Origin: Candidatus Woesebacteria bacterium UBA1430
GTDB taxonomy: Bacteria; Patescibacteriota; Microgenomatia; UBA8517
Direction of reading: 5' to 3'
DNA: 64,000 bases
Assembly: GCA_002329465.1 (NCBI GenBank)
Contig: DCTW01000004.1
Location: 2,933-66,932 of the forward strand
This document shows, one piece after another, positions 55,406 to 64,000 of this stretch. Made by a program: the position numbers and the translations under genes. Numbering within the stretch: position 1 is the stretch's first letter; each line of letters opens with the position of its first letter. The notes under the pieces were generated by a model. It did no database searches. It worked only from the letters and a program-made list of their open reading frames with translations, and was not told the DNA's origin.

Positions 55406-55885
55406 TTACCACCTAAAATGCGAGAAAGCCTTGTTCGCTTCGGCAATTCTTTCTACCTCCTGCTTCTTTTTGATAGCAACGCCCTCACCGTTTGAGGCTT
55501 CAACAAGCTCGGTAGCAAGTTTTTCGGCATAAGTATGAAACTCACTATTTGGCCTACTTCTTGCGGCAGTAATTAACCACCGTATAGCAAGAGAATCCTG
55601 ACGGCTACCTCTCACAGGCATGGGCACCTGATAAGCAGCGCCTCCTACTCTTCTCGGACGTACCTCCATAGTAGGCCTCATATTCTCAAGCGCCCTTTTG
55701 AATACTTCCAAAGGATTCTCTTTAGTCCGCTCCTTTATAATCTCAAAAGCTCTATAAACTTGTTTTTGAGAAACAGACTTTTTTCCGTCCTTCATCGATC
55801 TATTAATAAGCTTAGCCACCATAAAATCATTGTATAAAGGATCGAGCTCAACTTTTTTTTGTTTTATATAACCTCGTCTAGGCAT
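55406..55885 (-). CDS. rpsG: 30S ribosomal protein S7
   Basis: MPRRGYIKQKKVELDPLYN ... ends AFSHFRW. Confidence 0.95.
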   Translation of the reverse strand: MPRRGYIKQKKVELDPLYNDFMVAKLINRSMKDGKKSVSQKQVYRAFEIIKERTKENPLEVFKRALENMRPTMEVRPRRVGGAAYQVPMPVRGSRQDSLAIRWLITAARSRPNSEFHTYAEKLATELVEASNGEGVAIKKKQEVERIAEANKAFSHFRW

Positions 55886-55894
55886 AATGTTTCT

Positions 55895-56350
55895 TTACTC
55901 CTCTCCTCCTTCAGCATTAGAGCTCCCCCCGCCAGTTGCTATTCCCTGCTTTTTAGTACCATATCTTGATCTGGAAGTTTTCCTTCCCACCACTCCTCTT
56001 GCATCATATTTACCTCTAACAACCTGATACCTTACTCCGGGCAAGTCCTTAACACGTCCCGATCTAACCAAAACAATAGAGTGCTCCGATATCTCATGTC
56101 CCTCACCCGGAATATATGCTGTTACCTCCTGTTTATTCGAAAGCCTTACACGAGCAACTTTACGCAAAGCGGAGTTTGGCTTTCTTGGCGTCATTGTCCT
56201 TACAGACAAAACAACACCCCGCTTAAACGGCGAAGAATAAACCTTATAAATTCTATCCTTCGCGTTAAACCACTTCTTCAAGGCTACGCTTCTAGCCTTT
56301 TTAATTTGTTTTTTTCTGGGTTTTCGTACTAATTGAGAAACTGTTGGCAT
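55895..56350 (-). CDS. rpsL: 30S ribosomal protein S12 (with internal insertion and acidic C-terminal tail)
   Basis: [12 protein letters not shown] ... [17 protein letters not shown] ... [11 protein letters not shown]. At 151 aa it is longer than the usual ~125. Confidence 0.94.
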   Translation of the reverse strand: MPTVSQLVRKPRKKQIKKARSVALKKWFNAKDRIYKVYSSPFKRGVVLSVRTMTPRKPNSALRKVARVRLSNKQEVTAYIPGEGHEISEHSIVLVRSGRVKDLPGVRYQVVRGKYDARGVVGRKTSRSRYGTKKQGIATGGGSSNAEGGEE

Positions 56351-56362
56351 ATTAATTAAAAT

Positions 56363-59300
56363 TTAAAGCATCGCCCTTTCAGGCGAAACAGGTATAAGCC
56401 TACCAATAATTACATTTTCTTTCAAGCCAATAAGCTTATCAGTTCTACCCATTAATGCCGAATCGGAAAGTACATCTGTCGTTTGCTGAAAACTTGCTGC
56501 AGAAAGCCAGCTCTCGGTATACATCGCCCTTCTGGTAATCCCAAGTATTATCTGTGAAGCAGTAGCAGCCTCTCCTCCTGCCGCCAAAACTCTCTCGTTT
56601 TCCTCTTCAAATTTTGCCTTCTCAGTTTGTTCACCAGGAAGAAGATCAGTATCTCCCGCAGTAATTATCTTAACCTCATCACTCATTTTTCTAACTATCA
56701 CCTCAAAATGTCTGTCATTGATTGGTATTCCCTGTGATTCATAAACAGCTTGAAGCTCTGTTACTAAATATTCCTGTGCCGCCTTAAGCCCTTTAATTAA
56801 CAAAATTTCCTTAATATCAAGGTATCCACTTGAAAGCTGGACTCCCACTTCCACGTTCTCTCCGTCCTCTACCATCAACTTCTGGGTTTTAGGAACAAAA
56901 TACTCTCTCTCTTCAGGTGGCTTTGCACCGGAATTTCTAATAATCACATTCCACCCGACTTCTGTCTCCTCAATCTTAACTTTCCCGGAAATTTCAGCCA
57001 AAGAAGATTGAATCTTAGGGTTTCTCGATTCAAAAAGCTCTTCAACTCTAGGCAAACCTTGCGTAACGTCAACTCCCACTACACCACCGCTATGCTTAGT
57101 TCTCATAGTAAGCTGCGTACCAGGCTCACCGATAGACTGAGCCGCCAGAACTCCCACCGGAGTACCAATATCAACAAGCTTCTTGGTAGATAAATCCCAT
57201 CCGTAACATTTTCTGCAAACGCCATATCTTGAATTACAAGTCAATGGAGAATAAATAGAAACCTGTGAAATATCGGCCTTTTCAATATCCGAAAGCTTTG
57301 TTTCCTCAATAATTTCACCCTTTGCAACTATAACTTTACCCTTTGCATCCTTTATATCGTTAGCGGCTACTCTTCCGACGATCCTTCTCAAAAACACCTT
57401 TGGCCTAGAAGATCTTGTAACCAAAAGTCCCTCTTCCGCACCACAGTCTTCCTCCCTTACAATGACATCGTGGGCAACATCTACAAGCCGGCGTGTAAGA
57501 TATCCTGCATCAGCAGTCTTAAGAGCAGTATCAGTCAGCCCTTTTCTTGCTCCACGGCTTCCGTTTACATACTCATACACAGAAAGTCCCTCTCTAAAAT
57601 TAGACTTAACAGGAAGCTCAACCACCTTTCCCAAAGGATCTACAACAAGACCGATCATTCCGGAAAGCTGCTTAATCTGCTCTCTGGAAGTTCTACCCAC
57701 TTTAGCATCAATCACCATCCTAATAGACCCAATAGGATCAACAAGGTCCCAAGTTTTATCAGCTATCTCCTCTGTAGTCTCAATCCAAATACTCTCTGTT
57801 AGCCTCTTTTTCTCCTCACGGGTTATAAGCCCCTGAGCAAAATTGCTCTCCACGTCGGAAACACGCTTATTTGCCCTCTCAATAATTTTATCCTTTTCTG
57901 GATGAACTATCGCATCGGTAATTCCAAAAGAAAGTCCGGATATTGTCCCTCCCATAAAACCAAGGTCTTTAATATCGTCAATCATTCCGACAAGCTCCTC
58001 GTGAGTCACCTTACTAAAAGCATCATCAATAATTCTTTTAATAACATCCGAGCTTACATTTTCGTTAACATAATCAAATTGAGGCGGTAATATCTCATTA
58101 AACAAAATTCTTCCAGGCGTAGTTTCAATAATTTTTCCATTGTATCTTACCGATATCTTCTGTCTAAGATTAACTTTTGAAAGCCCATAAGCCAAAATCA
58201 CCTCATTAAAATCAGAAAAGATAACATTAGATTTGGTAATACGCTCGTCAAGGCTGGTCAAGAAATAAAGTCCAAGAGCTATTTCTTTAGAGGCAGGAGC
58301 AGCCATCGGGGACCCATCTGCCGGTCTTAACATATTCTTATCCGACATCATAAGCTCAATAGACTCGCGTATAGCATTTTTTGATAAAGGCAAATGAACA
58401 GCCATCTGATCCCCGTCAAAATCGGCGTTGTAGCCTTTACACACCGCCGGGTGCAAACGTATCGCATTACCCTCAATAAGTACCGGATAAAAAGATTGAA
58501 AACCAAGCTTATGAAGAGTCGGCGCCCTGTTCAAAAGAACTGGATGGTTCTTCGTTATTTCCTCAAGTATATCAAAGACTTCGGAAGGTCTCCTCTCAAG
58601 CATATTTTTTGCACTCTTCACGTTCGGGGCTATACCTCTTGAAATCATTTCACGAAGAACAAATGGTTTTGCTATCTCCAAAGCCATCTCTTTTGGAATA
58701 CCGCACTGATTTAGTTTAAGCTCAGGACCTACGACAATAACACTTCTACCCGAATAATCAACCCGCTTACCCAATAAATTTTGTCGAAATCTTCCTTGCT
58801 TACCACGAAGCATATCGGACAACGATCTCAAGGGCTGTCTTCCCCTGCCTCTTCTGGTTGCTTTTCTCTGCGATGCGTCAATCAAAGAATCTACAGATTC
58901 CTGAAGCATCCTTTTTTCATTCCTCAAAATAATCTCAGGCGCTCCAAGAGAAATAAGATGCTTAAGCCTATTATTTCTATTAATCACCCTTCGATAAAGA
59001 TCGTTCAAATCGCTCGTCGCAAACCTACCTCCTGAAAGCTGAACCATAGGCCTCAAATCCGGAGGTAAAACAGGAAGAACCTTAAGAATCATCCAAGACG
59101 GATCTATCTTTGCATCTCTCATTCCGTCAATTATCTTAAGCCGCTTTGTTAATTTTACGTATCTAGGGCCTTTACCTTTAATTTCTTTGAGTTCTTTTCT
59201 TATTTCCTTAGAAAGCTCTTCAAGATTAATGCTCTTAAGCACCTCAAGCACGGCCTCGGCACCCATCTTCACTTCAACAAAATCGGCAACGCCGTATCCA

Positions 59301-62300
59301 TAAAGCTTGTCATATTCATCCTCCGTCAAAAATCCATACTTTTTAATATCTTTAATAAGCTGTTTAATTTTCTGAAAAAGGTCATCTGTCTTCTCAATCG
59401 AACTTTTTTCTTCCTCAGCAATTGAAGTTGTCTTCTTTCGCAATCCCAAATCCACCTCACCCAACGCCAAAGCGAGCTGGTCCTTGTCTTTAACTCTGGA
59501 CTTAACACGCTCTTTTCGCTCCTTTGCATCTGTTTCTACAATCTGCTTTTGATCTCGGTATATATCTCTTATCTCCTTTATCTTCTCAACATGAATATTT
59601 TCAATATTCTTAAGCGCCTCTTTTCTCAATTCCTCATCAACACTCATAACCATATATCTGGCAAAATAAACAACCTGTTCAACCGCCCGAGGCGGAAGCC
59701 CAAGAAGAAGTGAAACTTTCGATGGTGCACCTTTAAAGTACCAAACATGGACAACCGGTGCCGCAAGTTCAATATGGCCCATTCTTTCTCTTCTAACCCT
59801 AGACTCTGTTACTTCAACACCGCACTTATCACATACAACACCTTTGTATCTGATTCTTTTATATTTACCGCAATAACATTCATAATCCTTTGTAGGACCG
59901 AATATTCTCTCGTCAAAAAGACCGTCTTTTTCAGGCTTTAACGTTCTATAGTTAATAGTCTCGGGTTTTATAACTTCACCCCTAGACCAAGCTCTTATTT
60001 CCTCAGGTGAAGCAAGTTTAATCTGTAAAGAAGTAATATCATCCAAGCTCTTAAGTACAGCCAAAGGGTCCATTTTTTGGTCACTTTTTATCTCCATACT
60101 TTCCAATTCCCGGCCATTTTCCTCTTCACCTTCCTCTTTCATTGCAACTCTTCCCTCAATATTCACGGACAATCCAAGTGAATTAAGCTCCCTAATCAAT
60201 ACTTTAAAGCTCTCAGGAACCCGTGCCTCAGGAATAGGCTCGCCCTTCACTATTGCACCAAAAGCCTGGGCACGCCCAATAATGTCATCTGACTTAATTG
60301 TAAGCATCTCTTGCAAAGCATAAGCAGCCCTATGAGCTTCAAGCGCCCAAACCTCCATCTCACCAAGTCTTTGTCCACCCATTTGTGCCTTTCCGCCTAA
60401 AGGCTGTTGTGTCACTAGCGAATATGGTCCTGTCGAACGAGCATGGGTTTTATCCTCAATCATGTGCTTAAGTTTAAGGATATAACCCACACCGACCACA
60501 GTATTCTCCTCAAAAGCTTCACCTGTCCTACCGTCAAAAAGCTTTGCTTTACCGTCAACCGGAAGCCCCGCTGATTTAAGCTCTTTTGTAATTACATCCT
60601 CGGATATACGGTCAAAAACCGGTATCGCGCCTTTCTCGCCCTTTTTGCTCAAAGCCCATCCAAGATGAGCTTCAAGAAGCTGTCCCAAATTCATACGAGC
60701 CAACACAGATAATGGAGAAATAATTATGTCAACCGGAGTTCCGTCTTCCAAATATGGCATATCCTCCTCTGGAAGAATACGTGCAATCACACCTTTATTT
60801 CCATGCCTACCGGCTAATTTATCTCCAACCATCACCTTTCTAAGCTGCGCAACTTTTACGATCACGCTTTTTATCACCCCTGGACCCAGCTCGTCACCCT
60901 TATCTTTATCTAAAATATTCACATCAACAACTATACCGCCTTCTCCATGTGGAACTCTCAAAGAAGTGTCCCTAACTTCACGAGCCTTCTCTCCAAAAAT
61001 AGCTCTTAGAAGCCTCTCTTCTGAGGTTAATTCCGTCTCACCTTTAGGCGCAATTTTTCCAACCAGAATATCGTTCGGCCCCACCTCAGCACCTATCACA
61101 ACAATCCCGTCCTCAGCAAGATTAGCGAGCTCCTGCTCGGCAACGTTTGGAATATCCCGAGTCAACTCCTCAGGACCCAATTTAGTTTCTACAACATCCG
61201 CTTGATATTCCTTAATATGAACCGATGTCAAAAGATCATCCTTTACAAGTTTGCTGGAAACCAAAATTGCGTCCTCAAATCCATATCCTTCAAAACTTGC
61301 ATAAGCTACAACCAAATTCTGCCCCAAAGCAAGCTCTCCCGATTCGCAAGAAGGTCCGTCTGCTAAAAGATCTCCCTTTTTAACCTTCGCTCCAACATTT
61401 ACTACTGCCTTCTGATTATAAGACGTTGACTGCGAAGTTCTCTTAAACTTAGTCAAAAAATAAGTTATCTTTTTACCGCCGTCGCTTATCTCAATATTAG
61501 CTCCATAATTTCCATTACTCTCAATTTTCTTTTCAAGCTTCACATCAATCCGCTCAGCATCAACATGCGTTACCGTCCCGGGATAAAAAGCCCTTATTAC
61601 CCTACCCATCGCTCCGGCCACAATCTCCTCCATACCTGTACCCACAACTGGCGAGGAAGGTCTGATCAAAGGAACGGCCTGACACTGCATATTGCTACCC
61701 ATAAGAGCTCTATTCCCATGGTCATTTGGCAAAAATGGAATCAAGGCAGCAGAAGCGCCAAACACCTGCCTGGGGGTCAAATCAATTAAATCAACCAGAC
61801 TGGAAGGCCCCTCCACAAAAGTCCCTTTATACCTATAAGCAAGTCTTTTTTCTTGGATAAACCCACGCTTATCAAACGTGACATCTGAATGAGTAATGTG
61901 ATAATTCTCTTCATCATCAGCCGTTAAATAAACCGTCTCATCAGTTACCCTTACCTCGGTTTTTCCTTTTACCTTTACCTTTTCTGCTTTTCTATAAGGA
62001 GATTCAATAAAACCATATTCATTTATATGAGCATATAAAGCAAGATATGTAACAAGTCCAATATTCGGGCCCTCAGGACTTCTTACAGGATCAATCCTTC
62101 CATATTGGGAAGAATTAATATCACGTATTGAAAACGAAGCCCTTTCTCGATTTATACCCCCAGGACCCAAAACCGATACGCGCCTGAGATTATCAATCTC
62201 GCTTAAAGGATTTGTGTCATCAAGTATCGTCGAAAGTTGATTTGACCTAAAAAACTCGTTAATTGAAGCAATCAAAGGTCTTGCATTAATAAGATTCTGA

Positions 62301-63391
62301 GGCTGAGGTTTATCGTCTGGTGAAATAAGGCTCATCTTCTCCTTAACGGATCTTTCAAGCCTCAAAAGTCCCACTCTAAATGCATGAGTAGCTACAAGCT
62401 CGCCAACTCTTCTTAATCTTCTATTCGCAAGGTGATCAATATCGTCAATTTCACCCACACCGTTTTGAAGACCGACCAAATAAGATATTGTGTTTACAAA
62501 GTCCTCTTTTATCAAAACCCAATTTTGTTCATCATTCGGAACATCCTGCCCAAGCTTCTTGTTTATCTTATATCTCCCCACACGACCCAGGTCATACCTT
62601 CTGTGATCAAAAAACAAACTATTAAACAAACCCTCGGCATTTTCCAAAACAGCCGGCTCACCCGGTCTTAACTTCCTGTAAATTTCCAAAAGCGCTTCTT
62701 CGCGAGTCGAAGATAAATCTTTTGCCAAAGTTGTTTTTATGTACTGATGTTCTTTGTTTGTATCTACATCCGTAAATAAATTCAAAATATCCTTGTTATT
62801 TTCATAACCAAGTGCACGAAGAATTGTAGCCGCATTTATTTTTCTTCTTTTATCAATTCTTGCCCATATAACATCGTTTTTATTTATTTCAAACTCAAGC
62901 CAACTACCACGAAGAGGCCTTACTTCAGCCATATAAAGCATCCTCCCGGAAGTTGTATCCTGTTCTCCCGAAAAATAAACACCGGAGGATCTTACAAGCT
63001 GATTAATGACGGTTCTTTCTATGCCGTTTATAATAAACGTCCCGGAAGCCGTCATTTGGGGGAGATTGCCCAAGAACACCTCTTGGTCAATCCTCTCACC
63101 GGTATTTTTATTAATCAGACTCGTCTGAATCTTAAACGGAGCCGAATATGTCAAACCTTTTTCAATAGCACTCTTTGGAGTAATTTCAGGCTCCTCAAGC
63201 GTATGCTCGCCCAAAACAAGCTGCCAATTCTTTCCGGTAAAATCGTCAATAGGACTTATGTGAGAAATTTCAGAAGCAATTCCCTCCGACAAAAACCACT
63301 GCCAGCTCTCTCTCTGAATAAGAGATAGATCAAGCTCTGGCAGGTTTTTCTCCTCTTTACCAAAATTACGCCGCTTATTGTTATCCGCCAT
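56363..63391 (-). CDS. rpoBC: fused DNA-directed RNA polymerase beta-beta' subunit (RpoB-RpoC single ORF, 2342 aa)
   Basis: Single uninterrupted ORF. Residues 1 to ~1080 are RpoB-like (GNRALMGSNMQCQAVPL, GEMEVWALEAH). A linker RVAMKEEGEEENGRELESMEIKSDQK is encoded at 60151-60074. Residues 1107-2342 are RpoC-like (zinc motif CYCGKYKRIRYKGVVCDKCGVEVT, catalytic NADFDGDQM). Confidence 0.9.
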   Translation of the reverse strand: MADNNKRRNFGKEEKNLPELDLSLIQRESWQWFLSEGIASEISHISPIDDFTGKNWQLVLGEHTLEEPEITPKSAIEKGLTYSAPFKIQTSLINKNTGERIDQEVFLGNLPQMTASGTFIINGIERTVINQLVRSSGVYFSGEQDTTSGRMLYMAEVRPLRGSWLEFEINKNDVIWARIDKRRKINAATILRALGYENNKDILNLFTDVDTNKEHQYIKTTLAKDLSSTREEALLEIYRKLRPGEPAVLENAEGLFNSLFFDHRRYDLGRVGRYKINKKLGQDVPNDEQNWVLIKEDFVNTISYLVGLQNGVGEIDDIDHLANRRLRRVGELVATHAFRVGLLRLERSVKEKMSLISPDDKPQPQNLINARPLIASINEFFRSNQLSTILDDTNPLSEIDNLRRVSVLGPGGINRERASFSIRDINSSQYGRIDPVRSPEGPNIGLVTYLALYAHINEYGFIESPYRKAEKVKVKGKTEVRVTDETVYLTADDEENYHITHSDVTFDKRGFIQEKRLAYRYKGTFVEGPSSLVDLIDLTPRQVFGASAALIPFLPNDHGNRALMGSNMQCQAVPLIRPSSPVVGTGMEEIVAGAMGRVIRAFYPGTVTHVDAERIDVKLEKKIESNGNYGANIEISDGGKKITYFLTKFKRTSQSTSYNQKAVVNVGAKVKKGDLLADGPSCESGELALGQNLVVAYASFEGYGFEDAILVSSKLVKDDLLTSVHIKEYQADVVETKLGPEELTRDIPNVAEQELANLAEDGIVVIGAEVGPNDILVGKIAPKGETELTSEERLLRAIFGEKAREVRDTSLRVPHGEGGIVVDVNILDKDKGDELGPGVIKSVIVKVAQLRKVMVGDKLAGRHGNKGVIARILPEEDMPYLEDGTPVDIIISPLSVLARMNLGQLLEAHLGWALSKKGEKGAIPVFDRISEDVITKELKSAGLPVDGKAKLFDGRTGEAFEENTVVGVGYILKLKHMIEDKTHARSTGPYSLVTQQPLGGKAQMGGQRLGEMEVWALEAHRAAYALQEMLTIKSDDIIGRAQAFGAIVKGEPIPEARVPESFKVLIRELNSLGLSVNIEGRVAMKEEGEEENGRELESMEIKSDQKMDPLAVLKSLDDITSLQIKLASPEEIRAWSRGEVIKPETINYRTLKPEKDGLFDERIFGPTKDYECYCGKYKRIRYKGVVCDKCGVEVTESRVRRERMGHIELAAPVVHVWYFKGAPSKVSLLLGLPPRAVEQVVYFARYMVMSVDEELRKEALKNIENIHVEKIKEIRDIYRDQKQIVETDAKERKERVKSRVKDKDQLALALGEVDLGLRKKTTSIAEEEKSSIEKTDDLFQKIKQLIKDIKKYGFLTEDEYDKLYGYGVADFVEVKMGAEAVLEVLKSINLEELSKEIRKELKEIKGKGPRYVKLTKRLKIIDGMRDAKIDPSWMILKVLPVLPPDLRPMVQLSGGRFATSDLNDLYRRVINRNNRLKHLISLGAPEIILRNEKRMLQESVDSLIDASQRKATRRGRGRQPLRSLSDMLRGKQGRFRQNLLGKRVDYSGRSVIVVGPELKLNQCGIPKEMALEIAKPFVLREMISRGIAPNVKSAKNMLERRPSEVFDILEEITKNHPVLLNRAPTLHKLGFQSFYPVLIEGNAIRLHPAVCKGYNADFDGDQMAVHLPLSKNAIRESIELMMSDKNMLRPADGSPMAAPASKEIALGLYFLTSLDERITKSNVIFSDFNEVILAYGLSKVNLRQKISVRYNGKIIETTPGRILFNEILPPQFDYVNENVSSDVIKRIIDDAFSKVTHEELVGMIDDIKDLGFMGGTISGLSFGITDAIVHPEKDKIIERANKRVSDVESNFAQGLITREEKKRLTESIWIETTEEIADKTWDLVDPIGSIRMVIDAKVGRTSREQIKQLSGMIGLVVDPLGKVVELPVKSNFREGLSVYEYVNGSRGARKGLTDTALKTADAGYLTRRLVDVAHDVIVREEDCGAEEGLLVTRSSRPKVFLRRIVGRVAANDIKDAKGKVIVAKGEIIEETKLSDIEKADISQVSIYSPLTCNSRYGVCRKCYGWDLSTKKLVDIGTPVGVLAAQSIGEPGTQLTMRTKHSGGVVGVDVTQGLPRVEELFESRNPKIQSSLAEISGKVKIEETEVGWNVIIRNSGAKPPEEREYFVPKTQKLMVEDGENVEVGVQLSSGYLDIKEILLIKGLKAAQEYLVTELQAVYESQGIPINDRHFEVIVRKMSDEVKIITAGDTDLLPGEQTEKAKFEEENERVLAAGGEAATASQIILGITRRAMYTESWLSAASFQQTTDVLSDSALMGRTDKLIGLKENVIIGRLIPVSPERAML

Positions 63392-63479
63392 GAGGTATAT
63401 AATATTCCTTTTTTTTGGGAGTAAATAAAATGCCCGCCGCCGCGAGCCAATTTAGCCTACTCCAGTACGCCTAGTCTGA

Positions 63480-63507
63480 ATTATACTAAAGACAAATTAC
63501 ATGTCAA
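63480..63507 (-). promoter_or_regulatory. near-consensus sigma70-type promoter upstream of rpoBC
   Basis: Minus strand reads TTGACA (63507-63502), a 16-nt spacer, then TATAAT (63485-63480), about 90 nt upstream of the ATG. Confidence 0.5.
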
Positions 63508-63527
63508 GTACAAACTATAAGTTACCA

Positions 63528-64000
63528 TCAACGTAAATATTTGTCTACATTGTCATTATGCTCTTCAAGCGTCTTTGCAAAATGTATATTTCCCTCTAAA
63601 TCATGAACATAAAACCAATACTCATTATCTCTATAATTTAAAACCGCCTCCAAAGAAGAAAGACCGGGATTCGCAATCGGAGAAGGAGGAAGCCCCGCAT
63701 ATTTATATGTATTGTAAATCGACAAAGAACCCAAATCTTCTTTGGTTAATGGCCTTGGCCACCAATCACAATCTTCTAACTCCCGCCCTCTACAACGTTC
63801 GCTGGCAACGGCATACTGAACGGTCGCATCAGCATCCAAAGTCCAGCCGGATTCAATCCTTTTCATATAAACACCGGCAACATCTTCCCGTTCGTCGAAA
63901 TTCCGGGTCTCTCTTTCAACAATAGAAGCCAGAGTAACAATTTCATCTAAACTAAGCTTCGTTGAATGCGTACCTATGTCAAACTTTTTATCAAAAGTAT
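63528..64000 (-). CDS. mltG: endolytic murein transglycosylase MltG (YceG-like), C-terminal part; 5' end beyond window
   Basis: LASIVERET ... DATVQYA ... YNTYKYAGLPPSPIANPG motifs. I confirmed that the reading frame stays open upstream of the listed Met through to position 64000. Confidence 0.85.
   Translation of the reverse strand, partial: TFDKKFDIGTHSTKLSLDEIVTLASIVERETRNFDEREDVAGVYMKRIESGWTLDADATVQYAVASERCRGRELEDCDWWPRPLTKEDLGSLSIYNTYKYAGLPPSPIANPGLSSLEAVLNYRDNEYWFYVHDLEGNIHFAKTLEEHNDNVDKYLR

Noticed and set aside
60726-61205. 159-aa plus-strand ORF inside rpoBC. The same applies to many other antisense ORFs, for example 21860-22600, 4250-4858, 53609-54046 and 57462-57836.
   Set aside because: They are shadow ORFs opposite strongly conserved genes. 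Their Ser/Pro/Thr/Leu-rich compositions are typical of antisense frames.

Overview
This AT-rich, tightly packed bacterial window looks like a Candidate Phyla Radiation (Patescibacteria)-type genome. That placement is an inference from three things: no rpmD between rpsE and rplO, domain-minimised housekeeping enzymes, and a DGR with a DUF1566-like target. All calls come from reading the ORF translations and the raw sequence by eye; no database or HMM searches were possible. Layout: (1) 1-10119 holds housekeeping genes (partial hypothetical, gltX, a DD-carboxypeptidase, aspS, a RelA/SpoT homolog, recJ, cca). (2) 10126-18561 is an accessory island. It contains a 706-aa repeat-rich surface protein, a small protein with a 27-bp tandem repeat, and a decayed and internally deleted DGR copy. 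It also contains two toxin-antitoxin cassettes (one with a frameshifted toxin), an apparently intact diversity-generating retroelement, and a DUF4349-like gene. The intact DGR comprises RT 14776-15900, Avd-like 15897-16262, TR 16262-16400, and VR 16612-16750 inside a secreted target gene at 16610-17644. (3) 18570-36226 returns to housekeeping genes: secDF, nth-like, dtd, RNase P RNA, miaA, an ABC transporter, hup, rny, recX, recA, tsaC and tRNA-Pro(GGG). (4) 36223-63391 is a single minus-strand supercluster that runs, in transcription order, rpoB-rpoC (one fused 2342-codon ORF), rpsL, rpsG, fusA, tuf, rpsJ, a tlyA-like gene, the S10/spc/alpha ribosomal genes, rplQ, rplM and rpsI. A partial mltG lies at the window end. 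The strongest finding is the DGR locus. All 15 TR/VR mismatches fall on TR adenines of the minus strand. The TR is inverted relative to RT-avd and abuts the avd stop codon. A (CA)11 tract sits in the RT leader. A gutted paralogous DGR unit with its own TR'/VR' stubs lies in tandem upstream. Secondary findings are the in-frame rpoB-rpoC fusion, the tlyA-like methyltransferase wedged between rpsJ and rplC, and the missing L30 gene.
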